Source of the DNA: an uncultured Candidatus Saccharibacteria bacterium
GTDB taxonomy: Bacteria > Patescibacteriota > UBA1384 > XYA2-FULL-43-10 > 1-14-0-10-43-13
DNA: 32,000 nucleotides
Assembly: GCA_964543385.1 (NCBI GenBank)
Contig: CAZIYE010000001.1
Location: 450,001-482,000, forward strand
Reading direction: 5' to 3'
Shown here: positions 15,595 to 24,809 of the stretch, piece after piece
Layout of the letters: each line of letters opens with the position of its first letter
Position numbering within the stretch: the first letter of the stretch is position 1
The notes under the pieces: generated by a model
The model's input: only the letters and a program-made list of their open reading frames with translations
What the model was told of the DNA's origin: nothing
Database searches by the model: none
Position numbers and translations under genes: made by a program

Positions 15595-18500
15595 ATGACT
15601 GAAAAAGAATTTCCACAATTTGTTCATCTCCATGTTCATAGCCACTATTCAATGTTGGATGGTATGGGCAAAATTTCTGATTTAGTTAAAAAAGCAAAAC
15701 AAGATGGTCAGCCTGCCTTGGCTCTCACTGATCATGGAGTGATGCATGGGGTAATTGAATTATATGAAGAATGTATCAAAGAAGGAATTAAACCAATAAT
15801 TGGAGTAGAGGCCTATGTTGCTCCCCGAACCCTGCACGACAAGCAACCCAGAATAGACTCTAGCTCCTACCATTTGATTCTGTTGGCCAAAAATGATGTT
15901 GGATATAAGAACCTTTTAAAACTCACTACGATAGCCCATCTGGAGGGTTATTACTACAAACCAAGAGTAGACAAGGAGACATTAAGAAAATATTCTGATG
16001 GATTAATAGCCTGTACCGCCTGTGTTCAAGGAGAAGTTCCACGAAAATCACTCGAAAGCATTGATCTAGGACGCGATACCGTCAAGGAATATATAGATAT
16101 ATTTGGCAAAGATAATTTATATCTAGAAGTTCAAAAACACAGCAAAGTAGAACAACAAGAAGCCGCAAATGAATTAATCTTCCAATTATCAAAGGAATTT
16201 GACCTAAAAGTAATTGCTACCAATGATCCTCATTATGTTAATTCTGATGACGACATTGCCCAAGACGCACTACTTTGCCTCCAGACAGGGCGAGTGGTAA
16301 GCGACGAAAAGAGGATGTCTATGGCTGGGGATGATTATTCCCTCCTGACCAGAGAACAGATGGCAAAAAACTTTCCCGATCGCCCTGAAGTTATGACAAA
16401 CACTCTAGAAATAGTTGAGAAGTGCAATTTGAAGCTTGATCTGGGCGGAATTATTATCCCTGACTTTCCTGTACCAGAAGGCCACACCTTGGAAAGCTAT
16501 TTTATGGAAAAAAGTTATCTCGGTTTAAACTGGAGATACGGCTCAGAAAGGATAACCAAAGCCGATCTTCCGAAAGACCGCGAACCAACACCAGAAGAAT
16601 TAAAGATCACTCCAGAAATTTGGGAACGTTATAAATATGAGTACAGCGTTATAGATCACATGGGATATCAAGGGTATCTGTTGATTGTCGCTGATTATGT
16701 TCAATGGGCCAAAGATCAGGGCATCGCTGTCGGCCCTGGCCGTGGCTCTGGCGCCGGATCTATCATTTGCTATTCATTCAATATTACCAATTTGAACCCC
16801 TTAGACTACGGATTGCTTTTCGAGCGCTTCTTAAATCCTGATAGAATTTCAATGCCTGATATAGATATGGACTTTGCCGACTCCCGTCGAAGTGAAGTTA
16901 TCGAATATGTGAGCCATAAATATGGAAAAGACCATGTTGCTCAGATTATTACTTTCGGAACCATGGCAGCCCGCATGGCAGTACGCGATGTTGGAAGAGT
17001 TCTCTCCATGACCTATTCAGAAGTCGACACTATCGCAAAATTGATTCCTGCTGGTATGGATTTAAAAGAAGCCCTAGAATCTATCTCTGAGCTACGAAGT
17101 CTTTACAATAGCGATGCCAAAGTTAAGCAATGTATTGATATAGCAAAAAGGTTAGAGGGTGTCGTCCGCCATGCATCCATGCATGCCGCTGGAGTAGTGA
17201 TCTCTAAAGAGCCATTAACGGAATATTGCCCATTGCAAGAAGCTCAAAAAGGTGACATATCTACCGTCACTCAGTACTCAATGGGACCGATTGAACACTT
17301 AGGTCTCTTAAAGATGGACTTTTTAGGTTTATCAAACTTATCAATCATTCAAGATGCACTTAAAATTATAAAGAAAACTAGAGATACCGTAATAGATATT
17401 GATAATTTGGTTCTTGACGACAAGGATACATATAGACTGCTATCGCACGGCGAAACAATCGGAGTGTTTCAGCTGGAAAGTGACGGCATGAAACGATACC
17501 TAAAGGAACTAAAACCTTCAGTATTTGAAGACATAATCGCGATGGTTGCCCTTTACCGTCCAGGACCAATGCAATGGATTGATAGCTTCATCGCCAGAAA
17601 ACATGGTCGGGAACCAATTGTTTATTTTCATGAAAAGTCTAAGGCGTCTCTGGAAAATACTTATGGCATTATTGTCTACCAGGAACAGGTTATGCAAATG
17701 GCGAAAGACATGGCAAACTTTACCGGCGGTCAAGCAGATACCCTAAGAAAAGCGATGGGTAAGAAAATCAAAGAACTTATGGAAAAAATCGGCAAAGAAT
17801 TTATCGAAGGCTGTACCAAAAATAATGTAGAAAAAGAAATAGCCGAAAATCTTTATCAGGCGATGCAAGACTTCGCCCAGTATGCCTTCAATAAGTCTCA
17901 CGCTGCTTGCTATGCCCTGATTGCCTACCAGACAGCTTATCTAAAGGCTCATTATCCTTCTGAGTTCATGGCCGCATTGATGACCTCTAATAAAGATGAT
18001 CTCGACAAACTAGCAATCGAGATTGATGAATGTAAACGCATGAATATAGAGGTTTTACCTCCATCAGTAAATGAATCATTTGTAGATTTCGGTGTGGTCA
18101 AAGAAACAGGCAACGTCCGCTTCGGTTTATCAGCCATAAAAAATGTTGGCACAGCAGTTGCCGAGGAAATTATTGAGGAAAGAAAGAATAATGGTAAATT
18201 CAATAATTTCACTGATTTTTTAACAAGATTAAGCGGTAAAGTAGCAAACAAAAAGTCACTTGAAGCCCTTGCAATGGCCGGAGCTTTTTCAGAAATGGCC
18301 GAAAGAAATGAGATTCTTTTTAACATGGAAAAAATACTGGCCTTTTCTACTAATTTGCAGAAAATAAAGAATGATTCACAAGATTCCTTATTCGGCGATA
18401 ATAGTGAGATTGAGGCTGCAAGATTGGATCTAGAAAAAGCCAAACCAGCTGATAAAAAGCAGATTCTATCATGGGAAAGAGAACTATTGGGGATGTATAT

Positions 18501-19200
18501 ATCAGAACATCCGCTTTCAGATATTGGACATATTATAGAAGCGAACCGAACTATTAAAATAAATGAAATTAGACATGACAAAGAAAACCACTTTGTCAGA
18601 ATTGCTGGGGTTATCACCTCCTTGCAAAAAATCCTCACTCGCAACAATCAGAATATGGTTTTTGCCAAGATTGAAGATCTACAAGCAAACGCCGAGGTTT
18701 TGGTTTTTCCAAAATTATTGGAGAATGTTAGCGATCTGCTTGTAAATGATAAGATAGTCGCTATCGACGGATTTGTGAGCTTTAAAGATGGTGCCTTAAA
18801 AATTTTGGCTGAGAACATCTATGAATTAAAAGATGATGTCCAAATACCGCGATTCGCCGTTCGTGATAGAAAAAGAGGATCGGGGCGCTTCAATAACAAC
18901 AAGAAAGATACTTTGATAGAAGTGAAAAGAAATAATACTTATGAGACAAAAACAGCCGATATTTATATGCCAAACAATTTAAGAATTTCCATACCTCCTT
19001 ACTTTACAAAGGAAGATCTTCTTGAGATTAAGGATGTTTTGTCCAATCACCCTGGAGATTGCTCAGTATCTTTAAAAATACTAGACCCCCATACTCAAGA
19101 ATATAAGGAAATTAAAATAAAGAATCAGATCAAGTCAGACCCTATATTGCTAAGAAAGATTAAGGATTTTGTTGGTAAGGATAATTGTGAGATTTTTTAG
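15595..19200 (+). CDS. dnaE: DNA polymerase III alpha subunit
   Basis: PHP domain FVHLHVHSHYSMLDG. Palm and fingers motifs GPGRGSGAGS, PDIDMDF and NKSHAACYA. C-terminal OB-fold region. 1201 aa. Confidence 0.95.
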   Translation: MTEKEFPQFVHLHVHSHYSMLDGMGKISDLVKKAKQDGQPALALTDHGVMHGVIELYEECIKEGIKPIIGVEAYVAPRTLHDKQPRIDSSSYHLILLAKNDVGYKNLLKLTTIAHLEGYYYKPRVDKETLRKYSDGLIACTACVQGEVPRKSLESIDLGRDTVKEYIDIFGKDNLYLEVQKHSKVEQQEAANELIFQLSKEFDLKVIATNDPHYVNSDDDIAQDALLCLQTGRVVSDEKRMSMAGDDYSLLTREQMAKNFPDRPEVMTNTLEIVEKCNLKLDLGGIIIPDFPVPEGHTLESYFMEKSYLGLNWRYGSERITKADLPKDREPTPEELKITPEIWERYKYEYSVIDHMGYQGYLLIVADYVQWAKDQGIAVGPGRGSGAGSIICYSFNITNLNPLDYGLLFERFLNPDRISMPDIDMDFADSRRSEVIEYVSHKYGKDHVAQIITFGTMAARMAVRDVGRVLSMTYSEVDTIAKLIPAGMDLKEALESISELRSLYNSDAKVKQCIDIAKRLEGVVRHASMHAAGVVISKEPLTEYCPLQEAQKGDISTVTQYSMGPIEHLGLLKMDFLGLSNLSIIQDALKIIKKTRDTVIDIDNLVLDDKDTYRLLSHGETIGVFQLESDGMKRYLKELKPSVFEDIIAMVALYRPGPMQWIDSFIARKHGREPIVYFHEKSKASLENTYGIIVYQEQVMQMAKDMANFTGGQADTLRKAMGKKIKELMEKIGKEFIEGCTKNNVEKEIAENLYQAMQDFAQYAFNKSHAACYALIAYQTAYLKAHYPSEFMAALMTSNKDDLDKLAIEIDECKRMNIEVLPPSVNESFVDFGVVKETGNVRFGLSAIKNVGTAVAEEIIEERKNNGKFNNFTDFLTRLSGKVANKKSLEALAMAGAFSEMAERNEILFNMEKILAFSTNLQKIKNDSQDSLFGDNSEIEAARLDLEKAKPADKKQILSWERELLGMYISEHPLSDIGHIIEANRTIKINEIRHDKENHFVRIAGVITSLQKILTRNNQNMVFAKIEDLQANAEVLVFPKLLENVSDLLVNDKIVAIDGFVSFKDGALKILAENIYELKDDVQIPRFAVRDRKRGSGRFNNNKKDTLIEVKRNNTYETKTADIYMPNNLRISIPPYFTKEDLLEIKDVLSNHPGDCSVSLKILDPHTQEYKEIKIKNQIKSDPILLRKIKDFVGKDNCEIF

Positions 19201-19693
19201 TACTATTTAGGACACTAGCTATTTTTTGTTGCACTGAATAAGGATTTGAGATATTCTCCACTACTATATCCCCACCTTCTCGCGCACCTGCAGTCCTTAT
19301 TATCAAATCACCATATTTTAACATTGTTTTAGTCATACCTTGCATATTGCTAGACATATCGACAATATTTACTAGTTCCGCTTCAGTAATTCTTCTTTTG
19401 AAAAAACCTTTTTGGTCGATCGAAAATACCCTCATATTTGTAACAATTAGCAGGGTCTCTTTGTAGCTATAAAAAGCATTGAAAAAATATAACAAGATTA
19501 ATAGAGATAGAATCGATCCGACCAGCCACATCTTAGGAAGAAAAAGGAATATCCCTATTGCTACCGACAATACCAATATCGTCCTAAAACCTGGCGAATA
19601 GAGAGTGTAAGGATGAGTAGGAATAACTTCCATCACCTTCTCTCCCTGTTTCTGACCGCTGAATGTATATTCCTCTTCCATAATTAATTCCAT
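19160..19693 (-). CDS. Membrane protein with bacterial PH (bPH_2/YdbS-like) domain
   Basis: Two TM helices followed by LLIVTNMRVFSIDQKGFF...YGDLIIRTAG, a pattern typical of membrane-tethered bPH domains. TAATG overlap with the upstream gene. The 3' end overlaps the dnaE 3' end by 41 nt. Confidence 0.55.
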   Translation of the reverse strand: MELIMEEEYTFSGQKQGEKVMEVIPTHPYTLYSPGFRTILVLSVAIGIFLFLPKMWLVGSILSLLILLYFFNAFYSYKETLLIVTNMRVFSIDQKGFFKRRITEAELVNIVDMSSNMQGMTKTMLKYGDLIIRTAGAREGGDIVVENISNPYSVQQKIASVLNSTKKSHNYPYQQNP

Positions 19694-20793
19694 TAAGATT
19701 TCAAACTATTTCTTCTTTTGATTATAGATAATATTATTATAAGCGCAATTACTAAAATAAATAAAGCCAGCCCTGCGACTATCTTCGACAATGTCGTTGA
19801 ACGTAGCGCCACCCAGGCGAAAGCAATCGCTATAATATAAATAAAAATTACCGCCTGTCTTTGTGAAAATCCTGCCGCCAAGAAACGGTGGTGAAGATGA
19901 GTCTTATCCGGAGATGTCATTGGATTCTTGCCTTTTAAGATACGACCGGTTGCAACCATTATTCCATCTACTATAGGAAAACCAAGAGCTAAGAAAACTG
20001 TTGCGAGCTTACCACCAGAAATTAGAGGCAAAACTCCCAGCATAAAGCCCAAAAACATACTTCCCGAATCCCCCATAAATATTTTAGCAGGAGGGAAATT
20101 TAATATAAGAAAGCCTGCCGAAGCACCAGCCATTGCTATTGCAATTGAAGCTGTTGCCGGTTGGCTCACTGCCAAAGAAATTGATAGAAGGAAAATTGTA
20201 ATAAATGCTATTGTCGCAAGTCCGCCAGCAAGTCCATCAACGCCATCGACAAAATTAATCGCATTCATCATTCCCACTATCCAAATTAAAGTTAATAAAT
20301 CTGACAATAAGGAAAAATGGTATACAACCCCTTGATAGGAAAACAATGGTATGTAAATTGTATTTAGATCCAGACGCTCACCAAATGGATTTGATAAATA
20401 ATCAATACCAATTCCTGATGCTATAACTACTAACGCAACAACTGTTTGCAATAATAGTTTCTTCCAAGCCTTAAGGCCCCTAATGTCATCGTAGAGCATA
20501 AAAGCCGTTATCATAAGACCACCGACCAATATTCCCAAAAATTTTTTATCTATAGACCAAATATGCCCAAAACCAAAACTGAGTTGCTGACGATCTAATA
20601 AAAAAATGGCTATTGAGATAACGAAAAATGACAAAAATATTGCAATGCCGCCAATCCTCGGTACTGGTTTTTTGTGTATATCTCTAGCTCGAGGTTTAGA
20701 AAGTAAATTCCATCTATAGCCTAATTTTCTCGCAACAAAACTAAAAGTTAGAGAGAGAGCGAGGCCCAATAAAAAAATGGAAAGATAATTCAT
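19693..20793 (-). CDS. Polyprenyl-phosphate N-acetylhexosamine-1-phosphate transferase (WecA/TagO-like, MraY superfamily)
   Basis: NAINFVDGVDGLAGG, MGDSGSMFLGF and KTHLHHRFL motifs. About 10-11 TM helices. 366 aa. Confidence 0.8.
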   Translation of the reverse strand: MNYLSIFLLGLALSLTFSFVARKLGYRWNLLSKPRARDIHKKPVPRIGGIAIFLSFFVISIAIFLLDRQQLSFGFGHIWSIDKKFLGILVGGLMITAFMLYDDIRGLKAWKKLLLQTVVALVVIASGIGIDYLSNPFGERLDLNTIYIPLFSYQGVVYHFSLLSDLLTLIWIVGMMNAINFVDGVDGLAGGLATIAFITIFLLSISLAVSQPATASIAIAMAGASAGFLILNFPPAKIFMGDSGSMFLGFMLGVLPLISGGKLATVFLALGFPIVDGIMVATGRILKGKNPMTSPDKTHLHHRFLAAGFSQRQAVIFIYIIAIAFAWVALRSTTLSKIVAGLALFILVIALIIILSIIKRRNSLKS

Positions 20794-20831
20794 ATTATGA
20801 TTATAACCAAACGTTACACAAAGTAGAAATT

Positions 20832-21437
20832 TTAAAACATTGCCGCATGGTCAACACGATCGTAGTCGTCATGAATTTCGCTCTCTGAAAACCAATGAGC
20901 AATTTCATGTTCTGCCTCTTCCTTATTCTCAGATATATGAATAACGTTCTTAATAGCGCGCTTACCCACATTGGCTGCAGCAGGAGAATCGGTGGAATAG
21001 TCACCCCTGATAGTTCCGATATCTGCCTTAGATGGTAATGTAACCCCAGCAATCTTTCTAGCCATATCTATAGCGTGAACTCCTTCTATTACCATCGCAA
21101 TCATTGGAGCTTCAGTAAGGTACTTTACAAGCCATTCTCTGACCTGTTTACCCGCCTCCAACTTATCTCGAGTACCCATAACATCTTGAGGATCAAGTCC
21201 AAGCTCATCAAAAACGGTAAACCCTTTTTGACCCAACCTGGCCACCCAAACATCATCCTTAGGATAATGCTCATTGGCTTGATCAATATTTGGTTTAACC
21301 ATTTTTAAGGCAACAATCTTCAGTCCCCTTTTTTCGAATCTGGTAATTATCTCTCCTATGATTCCACGCTGAGTACCGTCAGGTTTCACCATCGCAAATG
21401 TTCTCTCAATAGCTGGTCCTAGCTGTTTGTTAGCCAT
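20832..21437 (-). CDS. ndk: Nucleoside diphosphate kinase, long form with internal insertions
   Basis: ERTFAMVKPDG, TIRGDY and catalytic His in NVIHIS. 201 aa. Confidence 0.85.
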   Translation of the reverse strand: MANKQLGPAIERTFAMVKPDGTQRGIIGEIITRFEKRGLKIVALKMVKPNIDQANEHYPKDDVWVARLGQKGFTVFDELGLDPQDVMGTRDKLEAGKQVREWLVKYLTEAPMIAMVIEGVHAIDMARKIAGVTLPSKADIGTIRGDYSTDSPAAANVGKRAIKNVIHISENKEEAEHEIAHWFSESEIHDDYDRVDHAAMF

Positions 21438-21445
21438 ACAACTCC

Positions 21446-22720
21446 TTAAAAATTAAATATTTTTTCTAGATCTCCTTCAATAATATCAGGTCCAACTAAA
21501 CTTATAGCCATGCTCTCTTGCTTAAAATATTTATTGCCAACTGCTGTTAAGTCAGACGGCGTGATCTCTCTATATTTATCAATAATCTGAAGCGGACTTT
21601 TTATTTGTGATGAAAGTAATTCATTAGCACCGTATAAATTTGCTAATTCATTTGTATCCTCGAGACTTATTAGCATGCGACCAGATATTATTTCTTTTGC
21701 ACGGGCAAATTCTGCGTCTGTAAAACCATTCAGCATCTTCTTATATTCTCTCAAAATAGCAACCGCTGCTTCCTGCCATCGGTCATTATGAACTCCAGCG
21801 TAAGTGTCGATTGCTCCAGTATCCAGATAACTATCTGATGTTGTGCGGACAGCATAGGCTAAGCCAAGCTTCTCGCGAATTTCAGTAAACATCCTCGAGC
21901 TCATTGATCCGCCTAATATTATACCCAGAAGTTTTAATGCATATTTGTCATCATTGTCGCGCGCAGCCCCTCTAAAACCAATGCTAAGATGGGTTTGTTC
22001 TGTTTTTCTCTTGACAATGATGCTATTTTTCCTAGTCGGGAGAACAATTGCAGGATAATGATGTTTTTCGCCGCTATCAAAAGTGAATTTCTCCTCTATA
22101 AGGCTCAACAAATCATTTTCCGCCATAGAAGAAATGTTGCCGACAACTACAACGACAATATTTTGACTTTGGTAATAACCCTTCTTATATTTGAGTATAG
22201 CTTCCCTGCTGGTTTTACTTATGCTATCACGATAGCCGATGACATCACGTCCAAGAGAATTCTTACCAAATAATGCCTCTTCAAATTTACTTGAGCATAC
22301 CTCCATCGGTAGATCCGCATACATGTCATATTCCTGCAGAATAACCAGCTTTTCCTTGACCAAATCTTCTTTTTTGAATAGAGGATTGACTAATAAGTCA
22401 GAGAGAAAGTCAATTGACTTTGCCAAATGTTTAGTGGCAGTTTTAGTATAATAGCCGGTATACTCTTTGCCAGTAAATGCGTTGTGTTCCCCTCCAATAT
22501 CTTCAATAAACTCTGCAACTTTTAAAGGTGTTGATCTCTTTTCTGAGCCCTTATAGAACATGTGTTCTAGCACATGGGAGATACCTGCTATATTCTCATC
22601 CTCATAGCGACTACCAGCTCCGGCCATTACCATAGTAGTAACAACATCTTTAGAATTATCAGGAACCAAAATTACACGCAGCCCATCCTTTTGTATATGT
22701 TTTTTGTATATTGAATTCAT
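21446..22720 (-). CDS. M16-family (pitrilysin/insulinase-like) zinc peptidase
   Basis: Inverted zincin motif HVLEHMFYKGS with a downstream acidic ligand region. Two-domain length (424 aa). Confidence 0.85.
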   Translation of the reverse strand: MNSIYKKHIQKDGLRVILVPDNSKDVVTTMVMAGAGSRYEDENIAGISHVLEHMFYKGSEKRSTPLKVAEFIEDIGGEHNAFTGKEYTGYYTKTATKHLAKSIDFLSDLLVNPLFKKEDLVKEKLVILQEYDMYADLPMEVCSSKFEEALFGKNSLGRDVIGYRDSISKTSREAILKYKKGYYQSQNIVVVVVGNISSMAENDLLSLIEEKFTFDSGEKHHYPAIVLPTRKNSIIVKRKTEQTHLSIGFRGAARDNDDKYALKLLGIILGGSMSSRMFTEIREKLGLAYAVRTTSDSYLDTGAIDTYAGVHNDRWQEAAVAILREYKKMLNGFTDAEFARAKEIISGRMLISLEDTNELANLYGANELLSSQIKSPLQIIDKYREITPSDLTAVGNKYFKQESMAISLVGPDIIEGDLEKIFNF

Positions 22721-22776
22721 TTAAAATGTACAAATAATAAGATTGTAAAATAAGTAAACGATAAAATGTATTCAAA

Positions 22777-22852
22777 TGGTACCCGCGGAAGGAATCGGAC
22801 CTTCGGCCTCACGGACCGCAACCGTGCGCTCTATCCACTGAGCTACGCGGGC
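22777..22852 (-). tRNA. tRNA-Arg (anticodon GCG), CCA encoded; atypical T-loop
   Basis: Reverse complement GCCCGCGTAGCTCAGTGGATAGAGCGCACGGTTGCGGTCCGTGAGGCCGAAGGTCCGATTCCTTCCGCGGGTACCA. Anticodon stem CACGG/CCGTG, loop UUGCGGU. T-loop UCCGAUU (C at position 55). G1-U72 pair. Confidence 0.75.
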
Positions 22853-22871
22853 AAAAATTCTGGATTTGCGA

Positions 22872-23378
22872 TTAAAGCTTCAAAAAACGATTAACAATAT
22901 CTGAAAAGTCCTCTCCCTTATCCTCATCTTCAGGCAAATATCTCGACAGATAGAGTCTTATTTGTTCAGGATCAGTTTCAGCAAGAGGCATAGTCAAAAC
23001 TCCTGCTGCTATTCCATTCATTTGAAATCTTGCCTTGGGGATATCGGACAATGTCAACCAGAATGATTTGAAATCAGTATAACGATATACCTTATCATCA
23101 ACCACAACACCCTGATTATAAACTGCGCATTTTACAATCCTTGGCTTGCTCTGAGATAAAAGTATAAACATGGTCGCAGCAATAAGAACAAGGATCATTC
23201 CACTCCACAGCTGCTGATAGTAAAGAATTGCTGCGAGAGATAATGTTACACCCGCTACGGCAATATACCAAGATATATTTTTACCATAGACTATACGATC
23301 TGGTGACTCCCAAATAAATACAGGTTTATCTATTTTTTGGTCAATTTTATCAGCTCTGTCCTCGATATTTTTCGCCAT
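22872..23378 (-). CDS. Hypothetical membrane protein (two TM helices)
   Basis: ORF with TMs WYIAVAGVTLSLAAILYY and GMILVLIAATMFILL and a soluble C-terminal domain. The ATG at 23378 is preferred over the GTG at 23387. No recognisable motif. Confidence 0.5.
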   Translation of the reverse strand: MAKNIEDRADKIDQKIDKPVFIWESPDRIVYGKNISWYIAVAGVTLSLAAILYYQQLWSGMILVLIAATMFILLSQSKPRIVKCAVYNQGVVVDDKVYRYTDFKSFWLTLSDIPKARFQMNGIAAGVLTMPLAETDPEQIRLYLSRYLPEDEDKGEDFSDIVNRFLKL

Positions 23379-23472
23379 AAACCCCACTCGTTTATTTATG
23401 TCATCATTCTACAAAACTAACAATGTGACCTGCCATGTACCAGGTCTTAATCGTAGATTAAGCCGCGGTACA

Positions 23473-23562
23473 TGGCGGAGAGGGCGGGATTCGAACCCGC
23501 GAGAGGATTACTCCTCTACCTCGTTAGCAGTGAGGCGCTTTCGGCCACTCAGCCACCTCTCC
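23473..23562 (-). tRNA. tRNA-Ser (anticodon GCU), CCA encoded
   Basis: Reverse complement GGAGAGGTGGCTGAGTGGCCGAAAGCGCCTCACTGCTAACGAGGTAGAGGAGTAATCCTCTCGCGGGTTCGAATCCCGCCCTCTCCGCCA. Long variable arm, loop CUGCUAA. Confidence 0.85.
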
Positions 23563-23744
23563 AAAATATTTAATATATTGTTACAAAGCTTGAATCAATT
23601 GCAACAATAAACCTATTCTTTGCAAATCTTATCATACCGCACTAAAAAAATCCATGCTTATAGCTGTTGAAATAATCTTTTAAAAAAGCGATAATACAAC
23701 TGTATTCTGTAAACATAAATTAGACAAAGAAGTAGGAGATATTT

Positions 23745-24188
23745 ATGTGTGGAGTCTGTACTGCTGCAGCCTTAGCTGGCGTTGGTCTTTCAAGATGGCT
23801 AAAAATAGATGATACGATATCTGGCCTTTGGATTGGCGGAATGTTAATATCTATCAGCATCTGGACAGCTAAATGGCTTAGAGATAAATTTCCCAAAATA
23901 AGCTTTCCCGGTCTAACACCATTGGTCGGTCTTGCATACTATGCTTTAGTTATTATACCTTTTTATCAAAAAGGCATTATTGGGCACCCTAAGAATGTCT
24001 TATTTGAGATCGACAAACTTCTTCTGGGCCTAATCGCTGGCAGCATCTTTTTTTATCTTGGCGGCGAGCTTTATAAAATTATAAAAGCCAAAAATGGCGG
24101 GCACGCTCAATTTCCTTTTCAAAAAGTTGTAATTCCAGTAGCAGTGTTAGCAATCTTAAGTGGAATATTTTATTTAATAACAAAGTAA
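23745..24188 (+). CDS. Hypothetical polytopic membrane protein with N-terminal CxxC
   Basis: SD TAGGAG 7 nt upstream. Begins MCGVCTAAALAG. About 4 TM helices. No family recognised. Confidence 0.5.
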   Translation: MCGVCTAAALAGVGLSRWLKIDDTISGLWIGGMLISISIWTAKWLRDKFPKISFPGLTPLVGLAYYALVIIPFYQKGIIGHPKNVLFEIDKLLLGLIAGSIFFYLGGELYKIIKAKNGGHAQFPFQKVVIPVAVLAILSGIFYLITK

Positions 24189-24197
24189 GGATAATTT

Positions 24198-24722
24198 ATG
24201 ATCACTAAAAGCGTCGACGATTTTATTCAAAAAATAAACAATTCAAAAAAAGATAATAAGTTTGACCTTTCCACAGAGGAAGATTTATCTATTGCAATTA
24301 TGAATTTAATATCAGTAGAGGAACATTTTTTCTTCAGCGCGAAGAAGACAGGTGATAATAAATATTTTGATCTACTTAAAGAAGTTCGAGAGATGCGCAA
24401 AGACCTGATGAAGAAAATGATAAAAGAATACGAAGGAGAAGTTTGGTGTATTTCTAAACATCTATTAGCGTCGTCAATGAGATTAATGGAGGTGGGGACA
24501 AAACTATTAGGAAAAGGCCAGACCAAAGATTCCGAAGAAATGTTTGAAAAATCTTACAATCTTTATTCTCTTTTTTGGGGCCTCAACCTTAACGTAATAA
24601 AAACAGATGAGATAAAAAAGATCGACGACGGCAAGCTTGATAAAACCGATAAAAAACAGAATACTGTTTTTAATAAGCTCGGAGTACTAGTTCAAAAGGC
24701 AATCGATTGCTGTAGAGAATAG
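24198..24722 (+). CDS. Hypothetical soluble helical protein ending in a CC motif
   Basis: SD AAGGA. Lies 9 nt after the previous gene. K/E-rich helical sequence ending AIDCCRE. No family recognised. Confidence 0.5.
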   Translation: MITKSVDDFIQKINNSKKDNKFDLSTEEDLSIAIMNLISVEEHFFFSAKKTGDNKYFDLLKEVREMRKDLMKKMIKEYEGEVWCISKHLLASSMRLMEVGTKLLGKGQTKDSEEMFEKSYNLYSLFWGLNLNVIKTDEIKKIDDGKLDKTDKKQNTVFNKLGVLVQKAIDCCRE

Positions 24723-24809
24723 CGACCATAGAGTGACAAGTTGACGTTGACTCGACGACTATTTCTGTGATTAAATTAACTCATTAGTATTAGATTTTAA
24801 AGAGGGAAC

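Noticed and set aside
17952-18647. 231-aa ORF on the minus strand inside dnaE, the longest unexplained ORF in the track.
   Set aside because: It lies entirely antisense to a region of dnaE with clear conserved motifs. Its translation is low-complexity (S/F/I/L-rich), as expected from reading AT-rich, GAA/AAA-rich codons backwards. It has no SD or promoter. It is a shadow ORF.
23578-23607. Inverted repeat TTGTTACAA-N12-TTGCAACAA upstream of tRNA-Ser(GCU), considered as an operator site.
   Set aside because: It has one mismatch, it overlaps the likely -35/-10 region of the tRNA promoter, and it contains simple palindromes (AAGCTT, CAATTG). Without conservation data it cannot be distinguished from chance in AT-rich DNA.
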